A program made the translations under genes and the position numbers. 64,000 bases of DNA. Origin: an uncultured SAR86 cluster bacterium. GTDB lineage: Bacteria > Pseudomonadota > Gammaproteobacteria > Magnimaribacterales > D2472. The notes under the pieces were generated by a model, which ran no database searches, had not been told where the DNA came from, and was given only the letters and a program-made list of their open reading frames with translations. Every line of letters starts with the position of its first letter. Within the stretch, counting starts at the first letter, position 1. Below, one piece after another: positions 9,866 to 18,935 of the stretch. The stretch covers positions 141,716 to 205,715 of the forward strand of contig CALSSL010000002.1 of the NCBI GenBank assembly GCA_943789005.1, written 5' to 3'.

Positions 9866-10005
9866 TATTTATAGAAGTAATTTCTTCAGAAATTATCTCT
9901 AATGATAATAAAAATAAAAAACTTAAAAAATACTTAATCATATTGACTTTGACAAAATTATAACGAAATAGTTCTTATAGTTCATAAAAATTTATGTTAA
10001 CTCAT

Positions 10006-10033
10006 CTTGAAAAATATAAAAACAACCCTAATT
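10006..10033 (+). promoter_or_regulatory. Sigma-32 (heat-shock) type promoter upstream of the small heat-shock gene
   Basis: CTTGAAA (10006-10012), a 13-nt spacer, then CCCTAATT (10026-10033). The consensus is CTTGAAA-N13-15-CCCCATnT. Confidence 0.5.
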
Positions 10034-10120
10034 AAGACTTGGAGATGCCATAAGGGTCTCCGTATTTTAACAAGCATGCCTTCGGGATGCATAATTTTAG
10101 TCGCTAAAAGGAGGACTATT

Positions 10121-10570
10121 ATGATACTTAACTTTACAGATCCATTTTTTACTACTCGTGTGTTGGGATTTGAACCATTATTTGATAGATTGCAGAGACT
10201 TTCAGAGTCTTCTGATAGATCATCAAGTTACCCGCCATACAATATAAGAAAAGATGGCAACTTTTTTGCTATTGAGATTGCTGTAGCTGGTTTAACAAAA
10301 AATGATATAAATATTGAGCTTGCGGACGGTGTCTTGTCAGTTAAATATGATGGGCCAAATACCGAAGTTGTGAATGAAAAAAATGAAGTTGTTTATCAAG
10401 GAATTGCTCAAAGAGCATTTAAGCAACAATTTACTATAGCAACAGATGTCATAGTTCAGGGTGCAGATCTTATTAATGGTTTATTAACTATTAATTTAGA
10501 AAAGATAGTGCCTGAAGAAAAGAAACCAAAAACAATTGAGATTAAAACACCAAAAAGAATCTTAACTTAA
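10121..10570 (+). CDS. ibpA: Small heat-shock protein, Hsp20/IbpA family
   Basis: ATG at 10121 preceded by AAAGGAGG. Alpha-crystallin domain with SYPPYNI and IEIAVAGL as in IbpA. The ORF-track start at 10007 is a TTG inside the promoter. Confidence 0.9.
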   Translation: MILNFTDPFFTTRVLGFEPLFDRLQRLSESSDRSSSYPPYNIRKDGNFFAIEIAVAGLTKNDINIELADGVLSVKYDGPNTEVVNEKNEVVYQGIAQRAFKQQFTIATDVIVQGADLINGLLTINLEKIVPEEKKPKTIEIKTPKRILT

Positions 10571-10583
10571 AAAAATATACAAA

Positions 10584-10610
10584 GGGGTGCATTGCACCCC
10601 TTGTCTTCTT
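10584..10610 (+). terminator. Rho-independent terminator after ibpA
   Basis: GGGGTGC-att-GCACCCC hairpin (10584-10600) followed by TTGTCTTCTT. Confidence 0.75.
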
Positions 10611-10630
10611 AGTTAGGGTAATATGTCATT

Positions 10631-12605
10631 ATGAAATTATATAAGCTAATTGCTTCCCTATTACTATTTTCTATAAGCAGTCTTGCATATTCAGTTAATA
10701 CTGGACATGCGGACGTCTCGTTAATTAAATTCTCGAACAATGGATCTCAAACCAATGAGATATTTGTTGGTATTAAAATGGATATGCAAAAAAATTGGCA
10801 TACCTATTGGAAAAATCCTGGTGATTCTGGAGGACCTATCGAAGTATCATGGACTCTGCCAGATGGTATGACAATTAGTGATATTTATTGGCCGACACCA
10901 AAATTAATACCATATGCACCTTTAATGACATATGGCTATAAAGATTTTGTTATCTTCCCATTTAAAATTAGTTATGAAAACTACGATGAATTAGATCAAA
11001 TTAGTGCAGATATAAATTTTTTAATTTGTGACGACATATGTGTGCCAGAAAAAGCCTTTATCAATACAAATTTTAAGTCGATCACTTTTGACAATGAACT
11101 CCTTGAGTGGATAAATAAGGTTCCTAATGTAACTCTTCCTGTTTTAGCTAAGCAAACAGATAATAATCTTGAGTTAAGATTTTCTTCTAATAATAAAATT
11201 GAAAGCGTGTATTTTTTTGCAGATCAAAAAGATATTGTTTTACATGCAGATAAGCAAACTTTTTTGAAAGAAGAAAATAACTGGCTTCTAAATATCTCCA
11301 CAGAAGATAATCCAAAACATAACGAAAAGCTTAATGGAGTCATCGTTATAAATGATGAAAGTTATTTAGTTGATTCTGAAATAACAATTGAAAATATTTC
11401 AAATAAATCAATTACAGTAATTCAAGCATTAATTTTTGCATTTATTGGAGGCCTGATTTTAAATTTAATGCCTTGTGTGTTTCCAATAATTTCTTTAAAA
11501 GTTCTTAGCTTCATCTCTATTAGTGGAGATTCTACATTTAAAATAAGAGCACATTCAATGATATTTTCTCTAGGAGTTATTGCCTCTTTTCTAATAATTG
11601 CATTACTACTAATAGGCTCTCAAGGAAAGTGGTTCGATTGTTGGCTGGGGATTTCAACTTCAATCACCAATAATAGTTGGAACATTGAGTATTTTAATGT
11701 TTTTAATAGGGCTGGTTCTCTTGATGGATATTAACTTAGGTTCATCACTAACAAGACTAGGTTCTATTGGATCTAACGGCAATAACTACTCAAGCTCATT
11801 TGCTACTGGAGTTTTGGCTGTAATAGTAGCATCTCCATGCACTGCCCCTTTCATGGGTGCGGCTATTGGTTATGCTCTAATACAACCTTCATTAATAACA
11901 TTACCAATATTCCTATCGCTGGGTTTGGGATTTGCATTTCCCTATCTTCTCATTTCATTTAAACCTAATTTATTATCATCTCTTCCAAAACCTGGTAAGT
12001 GGATGGAAACATTAAAGGAATTTTTTGCATTTCCGATGTTTGCTACAGCATTGTGGCTTTTGTGGGTATTTAGTCTGCAAACATCTGTAGACGCCTTAGT
12101 TAATTTATTAATCTCAATTTTATTAATTAGTTTTATAGTGTGGTTTCATACAAAAATTATAAAAAATTATCTTAAAATTTTTCTGTCTATATGTTTAATA
12201 TTAATTCTTGCAAGTCAAATAAATCAATTTTTAAATCTTGATGACCAAACTAGAAATGCTGATAAGATTGAATCATCATGGAATCTCAACATAGAAAATG
12301 AACTTAGATCTCGCGGTCAATCTTATTTAATTAATTTTACAGCTGCTTGGTGTATCACCTGTCAGGCTAATGATAAGGTTGCATTATCAAGACCAAGCGT
12401 TAAAGAATATTTAAAAGATAATAATATTGAATATATTGTTGCTGACTGGACTAACAGAGATGAAAATATTTTAAAAGTTCTTAATAAATATGAAAGAAGC
12501 GGTGTTCCCCTTTATATTTTTTGGAAGCAAGGTATGAATGAGCCTGAAATACTCCCTGCGATATTAACAGAAAATATGGTTTTAGATATTTTAGATAGGT
12601 ACTAA
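10631..12605 (+). pseudogene. dsbD: Thiol:disulfide interchange protein DsbD family, frame interrupted near 11616-11630
   Basis: ORFs 10631..11734 and 11685..12605 together form one DsbD. It has an N-terminal periplasmic domain, a CcdA-like membrane core (LMPCVFP, ASPCTAPF) and a C-terminal thioredoxin domain (AAWCITC). Frame 2 opens at 11616 and reads ALKESGSIVGWGFQLQSP. Confidence 0.85.
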
Positions 12606-12667
12606 AAAAATTTATTTCATTAAGGTTTTTTTAAAATTAACAAAAAGTACTTATAATAGAATTCTAA

Positions 12668-13390
12668 TTGACTATTGGGAAAAATCTCATGAATGCAAAT
12701 CCGTTTATATTATTTGGCACAACTCACATTGTTACAATTATTATAATTGCCCTTATTTCAATAATGCTTCCTCGGATTTATAGAACTAAAACTGAATCCC
12801 AAAAATCATTAATGACAAAAGTTATAGCATTTATTATTTTTTGTCATGTCATAATTTCTCCGTATAAAGATTTATATATATTAGCTAATCCATATAACTG
12901 GAGAGAGGTTTTACCTTTACATATGTGTGATTTATCTGAAATCTTTCTAATATGCTTTCTTCTGGGTGGGCCAAGTATATTATATAAATGTGCATTTTTC
13001 TGGGGCTTAGGTGGAGCAACGATGGCCATAATAACTCCTGATATAGCTTTTTTAGATTTAGATTATGCTTTTTTTATGATTGGACATGGAATGATAATTC
13101 TTGGAATTATCTATGCAACTATTGTGCTTAATAATAGGCCTTATGCCAGAGATATCATTACAGTATCATTAATAACTGCATTTATTCTTCTTCCCATAGT
13201 CTATCTTATAAATTATTTATTAGGCGAGCCGGCAAATTATTGGTACTTAATGCAAAAACCTGCTGGTGCAAGTCTAATGGATGCATTTCCTGAGCCACCC
13301 TTTCATCTTTTGATTACAACTCCTTTGGCAATTTTAATCTTCTACGTAATTTATATACCTTATTTTGTTAAGGATAAGTTAAAGAAGTAA
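12668..13390 (+). CDS. Integral membrane protein of unknown function (about 7 TM; YwaF/TIGR02206-like is a guess)
   Basis: 240-aa hydrophobic ORF; the likely start is ATG 12689. Confidence 0.6.
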   Translation: MTIGKNLMNANPFILFGTTHIVTIIIIALISIMLPRIYRTKTESQKSLMTKVIAFIIFCHVIISPYKDLYILANPYNWREVLPLHMCDLSEIFLICFLLGGPSILYKCAFFWGLGGATMAIITPDIAFLDLDYAFFMIGHGMIILGIIYATIVLNNRPYARDIITVSLITAFILLPIVYLINYLLGEPANYWYLMQKPAGASLMDAFPEPPFHLLITTPLAILIFYVIYIPYFVKDKLKK

Positions 13391-13457
13391 CTTATTTTGC
13401 TTAATTGCTTTAAATACTTATAAAATAAGTCTATTAGAAACATAACCATAAGAAAAA

Positions 13458-14549
13458 ATGGAAAATTTTATATTATTAGTTAGTGATGTTTGGTCAAGAG
13501 GTTTTCTTGGAATTAATCTCGGGGCAATTATCTCCTCTTTGGGAGTAATTCTTTTAGCTTTTTTATTTAGAGGCTTCATTATCTCAATAATCCTAAGTTC
13601 CTTGAGTCGTCTAGCAGCGAAGACAGAATCAAAAATAGATGATGAGATTCTAAATGCTCTAAAGAAACCGATTGGTTTAGTACCTGTAACTATAGCATTA
13701 TATATTTGCACATTAATACTGCCTATTTCAGGTGTTGCTGGAGATATTGCAACTAACATCGTTAAAGCCTTTGTTGTATATACAATTTTTAGCGCTTTAG
13801 CTAACAGTGTTAAGCCTATTTTTGAAGCTCTATCAACAAGCTCATGGTTAACAGCATCAATGCAAATGTGGCTAGAAAGAGCTTCAAGATTCCTGGTATG
13901 GGTAGTTGGTATAGCAATTATTCTAGATATTTTTGGTATTCAAATTGGACCTTTGGTAGCAGGATTGGGACTTTTTTCAGTAGCTGTTGCACTTGGTGCG
14001 CAAGATTTCTTTAAAAACTTGATTGCTGGTATCTTAATTATTGGTGAGCATAGATTTCAGCCTGGGGATCGAATTGAGGTAGTTGGTCAGCTTCATGGCA
14101 TTGTCGAATCTATTGGTTTCAGATCAACTGTAATAAGAACATTTGATACTGCCCCAATGACTATTCCTAATAAAGACCTTTCGGATGTTAAAGTTATTAA
14201 TCATGGAGAAATGATAAATAGAAGAATTAATTGGAAAATTAATTTAATCTACTCCACAACAGTAGAACAGCTTGAAAAGATTCGTTCAGATATTAAACAA
14301 TACATATTAGATAGTGATGATTTTTCTTCTGATCCTGATTTAGACCCATGTGTAAGAGTTGTAGAACTTGGTTCAAGCTCAATAGACGTTCTTATAGTGG
14401 CCTACTCTGAGCCTGTTGGTTTTGCAGATTTTAACCTAATTAAAGAAAATTTAATCTTTAATATTATGGGTATAGTTAAAGATAATAATTCAGAGTTTGC
14501 TTTTCCATCTTCATCTTTATACGTTGAAAGTATGCCGCAATCTTCTTAG
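13458..14549 (+). CDS. Mechanosensitive ion channel, MscS family
   Basis: 363 aa with N-terminal TM helices and the conserved MscS pore/beta domain (GLFSVAVALGAQDFFKNLIAGILII...FQPGDRIEV). Confidence 0.9.
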   Translation: MENFILLVSDVWSRGFLGINLGAIISSLGVILLAFLFRGFIISIILSSLSRLAAKTESKIDDEILNALKKPIGLVPVTIALYICTLILPISGVAGDIATNIVKAFVVYTIFSALANSVKPIFEALSTSSWLTASMQMWLERASRFLVWVVGIAIILDIFGIQIGPLVAGLGLFSVAVALGAQDFFKNLIAGILIIGEHRFQPGDRIEVVGQLHGIVESIGFRSTVIRTFDTAPMTIPNKDLSDVKVINHGEMINRRINWKINLIYSTTVEQLEKIRSDIKQYILDSDDFSSDPDLDPCVRVVELGSSSIDVLIVAYSEPVGFADFNLIKENLIFNIMGIVKDNNSEFAFPSSSLYVESMPQSS

Positions 14550-14558
14550 TTAGAGATA

Positions 14559-16325
14559 ATGACTGATCAACATTTGCTATCAATAACAATTGTTTCTTTG
14601 TTGGGTTTATTTATCTGGAGTAAATTTAGATATGACGCTCTTGCTGCAGGTGCTTTGGTAGTTTTAATCATCCTAGGTGTGATTCCTGCTAACCAAGCTT
14701 TTGATGGTTTTGCTCACCCAGCAGTAATAACAGTAGCTTTGGTTCTTATTATTAGTCAAGGATTGAAAAATTCTGGTCTGACAGGGCTTGTTGGAAAAGT
14801 AATTGGTGGCAAGTCTTTTACTAAGTTTCAGTTTTTAATTAGTCTATTATTTATAGCAGCAATACTTTCGTCATTTATAAATAATATTGGCGCTCTTGCA
14901 ATTCTTCTTCCAATTACACTTAATATTTGTCAAAAAATGAATTGGCATCCCTCTAGGTTCTTAATGCCTTTGGCTTTTGCTTGCATTTTAGGCGGCATGA
15001 ATACAACCATTGGAACACCTCCAAATATTATTATTTCAGAATATAAATCTACAATTTCTGATTCAGGGTTTAATTTTTTTGATTTTTCATATGTAGGACT
15101 TTCTGTAACAGTTTTAAGCATTTTATTTATCTCAATAATTGGTAATAAATTTATTCAATTAAGAGATGATGCTAATACTGGGTCTTCGCTAATAGATTTA
15201 AAGGGTTACTTATTTGAGGTTGAAGTAAATGAGTCAAGCTCTGCTATAGGCATGACCTTATCTGCTTTTAAGAAAGAGGCAGGTGAAGATACAGAAGTAC
15301 TTGGAATAGTTAATGAAACTGGAGGAGTAAAGAAAGTAAAAAATAATTTAAGAATAAAGGCAGGTCAAATATTAGTAATTAAAACACCACCAGATGAAGT
15401 ATCCTCTATTCTTGATGTTTTTGATTTCTCAATTCCAAAGGAGCTTCACTCTTTTAATGATGATGACTTGGAGGAAATTGAAGCAATGATAACTCCAGGA
15501 TCAAGGTTAATAGGGAGAAAATACGAGTTTTTTTTAAAACTCGCATACGAAGAACTCAATTTGCTCGGCCTGTGGAGAAAAGGTGCAAAATACAGAACTA
15601 GACTTACAAGAGAAACCTTTAAGGCTGGTGATGTCTTATTATTAGGGGTTAGAGATTTAGATGAAGAGGATGTTACAAATAAAATAAAGCATTTAGGCCT
15701 AATGCCCTTGATGCAAAGAGAGCTTCAAACAATTCCATCAAGAAGCAGACTTTTAAAAGGGCTTATATTTTTTATGGTCTCAATTATTGTTGTTACATTA
15801 AATATACTTCCTACTGCTGCAGCCTTTTTATTATGTGTCCTTGGTTTTGCAAGAATTAAAATTATTGATAGCAACTTTTATCGAGATATAGATTGGCCAA
15901 TTATAATTATGCTGGCAGCTATGATACCAATTGGAACTGCTCTTCAAACGACTGGTTTAAGTGATGTTATTTCATCAAATATATCTTTATTAGCAGCAGA
16001 TATGAGTTTATTCTGGTTACTTTTTTTAATACTAATTATTACCATGGCTACAACTGATATCATTAACAATGCAGCTACAGCAGTTATAATGGCACCAATT
16101 TCAGCAGGAATAGGCCTTGAGCTGGGATATGCTATAGAGCCATTCCTAATGGTGGTTGCTGTTGGAGCAAGCTGTGCTTTTTTAACTCCAATAGGCCATC
16201 AATGTAATACGGTTGTTATGGGTCCCGGAAACTACAAATTTACAGATTATTGGAGATTGGGTTTGCCGTTGGATATATTAATTATAGCGGTTTCCATACC
16301 TATGATTTTATTTGTTTGGACTTAA
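14559..16325 (+). CDS. SLC13/DASS-family permease with central TrkA-C (RCK_C) domains
   Basis: 588 aa. Two membrane halves with a duplicated NN..A/T..P motif (FINNIGALAILLP, INNAATAVIMAP) flank two soluble TrkA-C-like segments. Confidence 0.85.
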   Translation: MTDQHLLSITIVSLLGLFIWSKFRYDALAAGALVVLIILGVIPANQAFDGFAHPAVITVALVLIISQGLKNSGLTGLVGKVIGGKSFTKFQFLISLLFIAAILSSFINNIGALAILLPITLNICQKMNWHPSRFLMPLAFACILGGMNTTIGTPPNIIISEYKSTISDSGFNFFDFSYVGLSVTVLSILFISIIGNKFIQLRDDANTGSSLIDLKGYLFEVEVNESSSAIGMTLSAFKKEAGEDTEVLGIVNETGGVKKVKNNLRIKAGQILVIKTPPDEVSSILDVFDFSIPKELHSFNDDDLEEIEAMITPGSRLIGRKYEFFLKLAYEELNLLGLWRKGAKYRTRLTRETFKAGDVLLLGVRDLDEEDVTNKIKHLGLMPLMQRELQTIPSRSRLLKGLIFFMVSIIVVTLNILPTAAAFLLCVLGFARIKIIDSNFYRDIDWPIIIMLAAMIPIGTALQTTGLSDVISSNISLLAADMSLFWLLFLILIITMATTDIINNAATAVIMAPISAGIGLELGYAIEPFLMVVAVGASCAFLTPIGHQCNTVVMGPGNYKFTDYWRLGLPLDILIIAVSIPMILFVWT

Positions 16326-16330
16326 TAGTT

Positions 16331-16516
16331 TTGGAAGATCAGTTTAAGAGACCTAATAAAGCCACTGGTAAACCTTACGAACCTGGATTTCAAGATGAAG
16401 ATGGTAGAGTTTTTTTACGCTACATCAACAAACATGGTAATGACGGTTATTATCTTGAAGAATGGAAAAAAGATATAGAATCTTACATTAAAAAAAAGAG
16501 ATTAATAAAAGACTAA
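16331..16516 (+). CDS. Small hypothetical protein (weak call)
   Basis: In-frame TTG just after the permease stop. The ORF ends convergently overlapping the hydrolase gene. No recognisable family. Confidence 0.25.
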   Translation: MEDQFKRPNKATGKPYEPGFQDEDGRVFLRYINKHGNDGYYLEEWKKDIESYIKKKRLIKD

Positions 16517-17712
16517 TTTCTATTTAAGTCTGCCATGGCGTCTATGATTTCAGCATATTGCTCATAAAATTCTTTAGATTCACCCTCTTCGTCTGTTACA
16601 GGAGTTGCAACATCTGTACCCTCTGAAACTACCCCTAAATCTAACAAGGCTCTTGCAGTTTTAACTGCATGACTAACACCCATCCATCTAAAATATTTTA
16701 AAGGTCCCCATTTTTGAATATCACCATGATCTTTTCTATTATATTTTGTAATTCTAGTAAAAATTAAATCATTTTCTCTATCAACAAATGTGAATTGTCC
16801 AAATTTTCCACTTGTATTAAAAATTTTACTCTCATCATCATATTTTGAAACCCACCAATGAAGAGAATATCCTCTTTTAGCCTCAGTCCACCATTGAGGA
16901 GTTATATCCCAAACAACTTGAAATGTTTCATCTACAAATGACTCCGGAATTATTTGTTTACCCTTCCAATTTCCATTTCTTGCAAAAAGTAGGCCAAACC
17001 TTGAATAATTTCTTGCAGACATGTCAACACAACAATATGTTAGTACGTTTTCAGCTTCATCCTTCCATAATTTATAATCTGTGGCGCCAATTGGATCTAG
17101 TATTCTTTCTGACAAAAGTTTGTCAGCTTTAATGCCAGTTGCAGAAAAAAGAACATCTCCAATAATCATTGAATTTGCATTGTTATATTCAAACTTAATA
17201 CCAGCTTCTTTTTCAACTCCAACATTTTTTGAATAATTTAAATGATCTGATTGGAAGAACATTCTTTCATGCTCATGCTCTGGAAACTCAAGGCCACTAG
17301 ACATATTCAGAAGGTCTCTGATCGTAATGGATGACCTGTCATCATTATAATATTCTAAATAGTTTCCAACAGGATCATCTAAACTATTAATTTCACCTTT
17401 TTCAATTGATATTCCAATTAATGCAGCATAATAACTTTTTGCCATTGACCAAGAGGTTCCATGCGAATTTAAATTATAGTCTGCAGCATATTTTTCACCA
17501 ATAATCTTCCCATTTTTTATAATTACAACGCCAAGTGTTGCATTGTCATTGAAAGATAGATCAATTAATTTATTTACTTTGGCAGACTGAACACCTTGAC
17601 TCTCAGGGGTGGTTGAATGCCAATCGCCTTCTGGAAAGTATCTATTATCAGCTTGAATAAAAAATGAAATTGTTAATATTGGCAATAAAAAAAATATTTT
17701 TTTATTGATCAT
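16513..17712 (-). CDS. Secreted serine hydrolase of the beta-lactamase/transpeptidase-like family
   Basis: 399 aa with a signal peptide (MINKKIFFLLPILTISFFIQA) and an S-x-x-K motif (SMAK in TSWSMAKSY). Confidence 0.8.
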   Translation of the reverse strand: MINKKIFFLLPILTISFFIQADNRYFPEGDWHSTTPESQGVQSAKVNKLIDLSFNDNATLGVVIIKNGKIIGEKYAADYNLNSHGTSWSMAKSYYAALIGISIEKGEINSLDDPVGNYLEYYNDDRSSITIRDLLNMSSGLEFPEHEHERMFFQSDHLNYSKNVGVEKEAGIKFEYNNANSMIIGDVLFSATGIKADKLLSERILDPIGATDYKLWKDEAENVLTYCCVDMSARNYSRFGLLFARNGNWKGKQIIPESFVDETFQVVWDITPQWWTEAKRGYSLHWWVSKYDDESKIFNTSGKFGQFTFVDRENDLIFTRITKYNRKDHGDIQKWGPLKYFRWMGVSHAVKTARALLDLGVVSEGTDVATPVTDEEGESKEFYEQYAEIIDAMADLNRN

Positions 17713-17861
17713 AAAACTCTCCTGTGATTTAAGTTTTTTTTTGATTATATCTACATTTCTATCAAGTATTATAAAAAAGTTGAAATCATTTATAAATTAT
17801 ATTGATATAACATTATAAATATATATAATGATGTTGAATCTACAACACCCAGGAGCATAAA

Positions 17862-18044
17862 TTGAACTTACAAGTAAGAGAAGCTACACAAGAAGAAGCT
17901 ATTGAATGGAATCAAAATGATTATTTTATCGGTATGAAATTTGATCCATTGGTAATGTTTGTTGTAATACCAGCTGTTATTCAGATTGTTGTATTAGCAT
18001 TTATGCTGACATCTATGCTAATTACTGGAATCTTTTTTGACTAA
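17862..18044 (+). CDS. Small hypothetical membrane protein (60 aa)
   Basis: AGGAG lies 6 nt upstream of a TTG start. The C-terminal half is one hydrophobic helix. Confidence 0.35.
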   Translation: MNLQVREATQEEAIEWNQNDYFIGMKFDPLVMFVVIPAVIQIVVLAFMLTSMLITGIFFD

Positions 18045-18188
18045 AATTTTTAAACTTTTAATTGGTGCTGGATCTGAAGAACAATTATCTAACCCCTCTC
18101 CACTTAAGATTCTCATGCTATCTGTATGTTTGGGGTTTCTATTTCTTGCAATAGTAACAACTTTTATAATTTTTACGGGAACTGTTTT

Positions 18189-18626
18189 ATGAAAAAAATA
18201 TTACTTAGTATATGTTTGGCTACTAATATGTTTGTCCAGTCTGAAACTTATGAAGTTAAAATGCTCAATCAAGGAACAGAGGGGTATATGGTTTTTGAGC
18301 CATCCGTTTTAAAAATTTTACCAGGTGACTCAGTAACATTTATAGCAACTGATGCAGCACATAATTCTGCATCTATTGTTGGAATGATTCCTGAGGGTGC
18401 CAAGAGTTGGAATGGTCAGTTAAGTAAAGATATCACTGTTACCTTTGATCTTGAGGGTATATATGCCTATCAATGCACTCCTCATGCAATGATGGCCATG
18501 GTTGGTATTATTGAAGTTGGTAATAATAAAAATAATTTAGAAAAAATTAAATCGGTTGCTAATAAAACTAAATCAATTTTTGTGATGAATAAAGACAGGT
18601 TAGATAAATATATATCAAGTTTATAA
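18189..18626 (+). CDS. Pseudoazurin (type-1 blue copper protein)
   Basis: Signal peptide MKKILLSICLATNMFVQS and cupredoxin ligand pattern ...DAAHNS... and YAYQCTPHAMMAMVGIIEV. Confidence 0.85.
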   Translation: MKKILLSICLATNMFVQSETYEVKMLNQGTEGYMVFEPSVLKILPGDSVTFIATDAAHNSASIVGMIPEGAKSWNGQLSKDITVTFDLEGIYAYQCTPHAMMAMVGIIEVGNNKNNLEKIKSVANKTKSIFVMNKDRLDKYISSL

Positions 18627-18638
18627 TCTAATTAGTAT

Positions 18639-18717
18639 TGGTAGACCCGAATGGACTCGAACCATCGACCTCCGCAATGTCAATGCGGCGCTCTAACCAA
18701 AACTGAGCTACGGGTCT
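18639..18717 (-). tRNA. tRNA-Val (anticodon GAC)
   Basis: I folded it by eye. Acceptor AGACCCG/CGGGTCT, anticodon stem CCGCA/TGCGG with loop TTGACAT, T-loop TTCGAGT, encoded CCA. Confidence 0.9.
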
Positions 18718-18729
18718 AAAAAACAAATC

Positions 18730-18757
18730 ATTATACAGAAATTTTAGCTAATGGTAA
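18730..18757 (-). promoter_or_regulatory. Sigma-70-like promoter for tRNA-Val
   Basis: On the minus strand: TTACCA (18757-18752), 16 nt, TATAAT (18735-18730). The -10 element ends 12 nt before the tRNA 5' end. Confidence 0.4.
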
Positions 18758-18902
18758 TGATCACTTATATATCTAAAAGATATACATATAGACTTAATAC
18801 GATTGTTTTAAAAATATTATAATTAATATTGATAATTGATTATAAATATATAAGATGTGAACTATCAGCACTCCTCTCCCCCTATTAGAATTGCTGATAA
18901 TA

Positions 18903-18925
18903 AAAATGGAGAGCTTAGGCTCTCC
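18903..18925 (-). terminator. Rho-independent terminator after sbcB (hairpin flanked by T-runs on both strands)
   Basis: GGAGAGC-ttag-GCTCTCC at 18908-18925. The minus-strand reading is followed by TTTTTATT; the plus-strand reading by ATTTAATTTTTT. Confidence 0.7.
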
Positions 18926-18935
18926 ATTTAATTTT

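Noticed and set aside
13390-13430. 9-bp inverted repeat ACTTATTTT...AAAATAAGT after the membrane-protein gene
   Set aside because: The stem is all A/T-rich with a 23-nt loop and no following T-run, so it is too weak to call a terminator or regulatory site.
16513-17712. Beta-lactamase-family ORF as an antibiotic-resistance gene
   Set aside because: Only the generic SxxK serine-hydrolase fold is recognisable. This family includes many esterases and peptidases. It has no mobile context and no class-specific motifs I could verify.
18718-18902. About 190 bp of very AT-rich spacer with TATA-like runs and a 7-bp inverted repeat (ATCAGCA...TGCTGAT) between tRNA-Val and sbcB
   Set aside because: Apart from the tRNA promoter and the sbcB terminator, I could not fold a convincing RNA gene or find repeats shared with other parts of the window.
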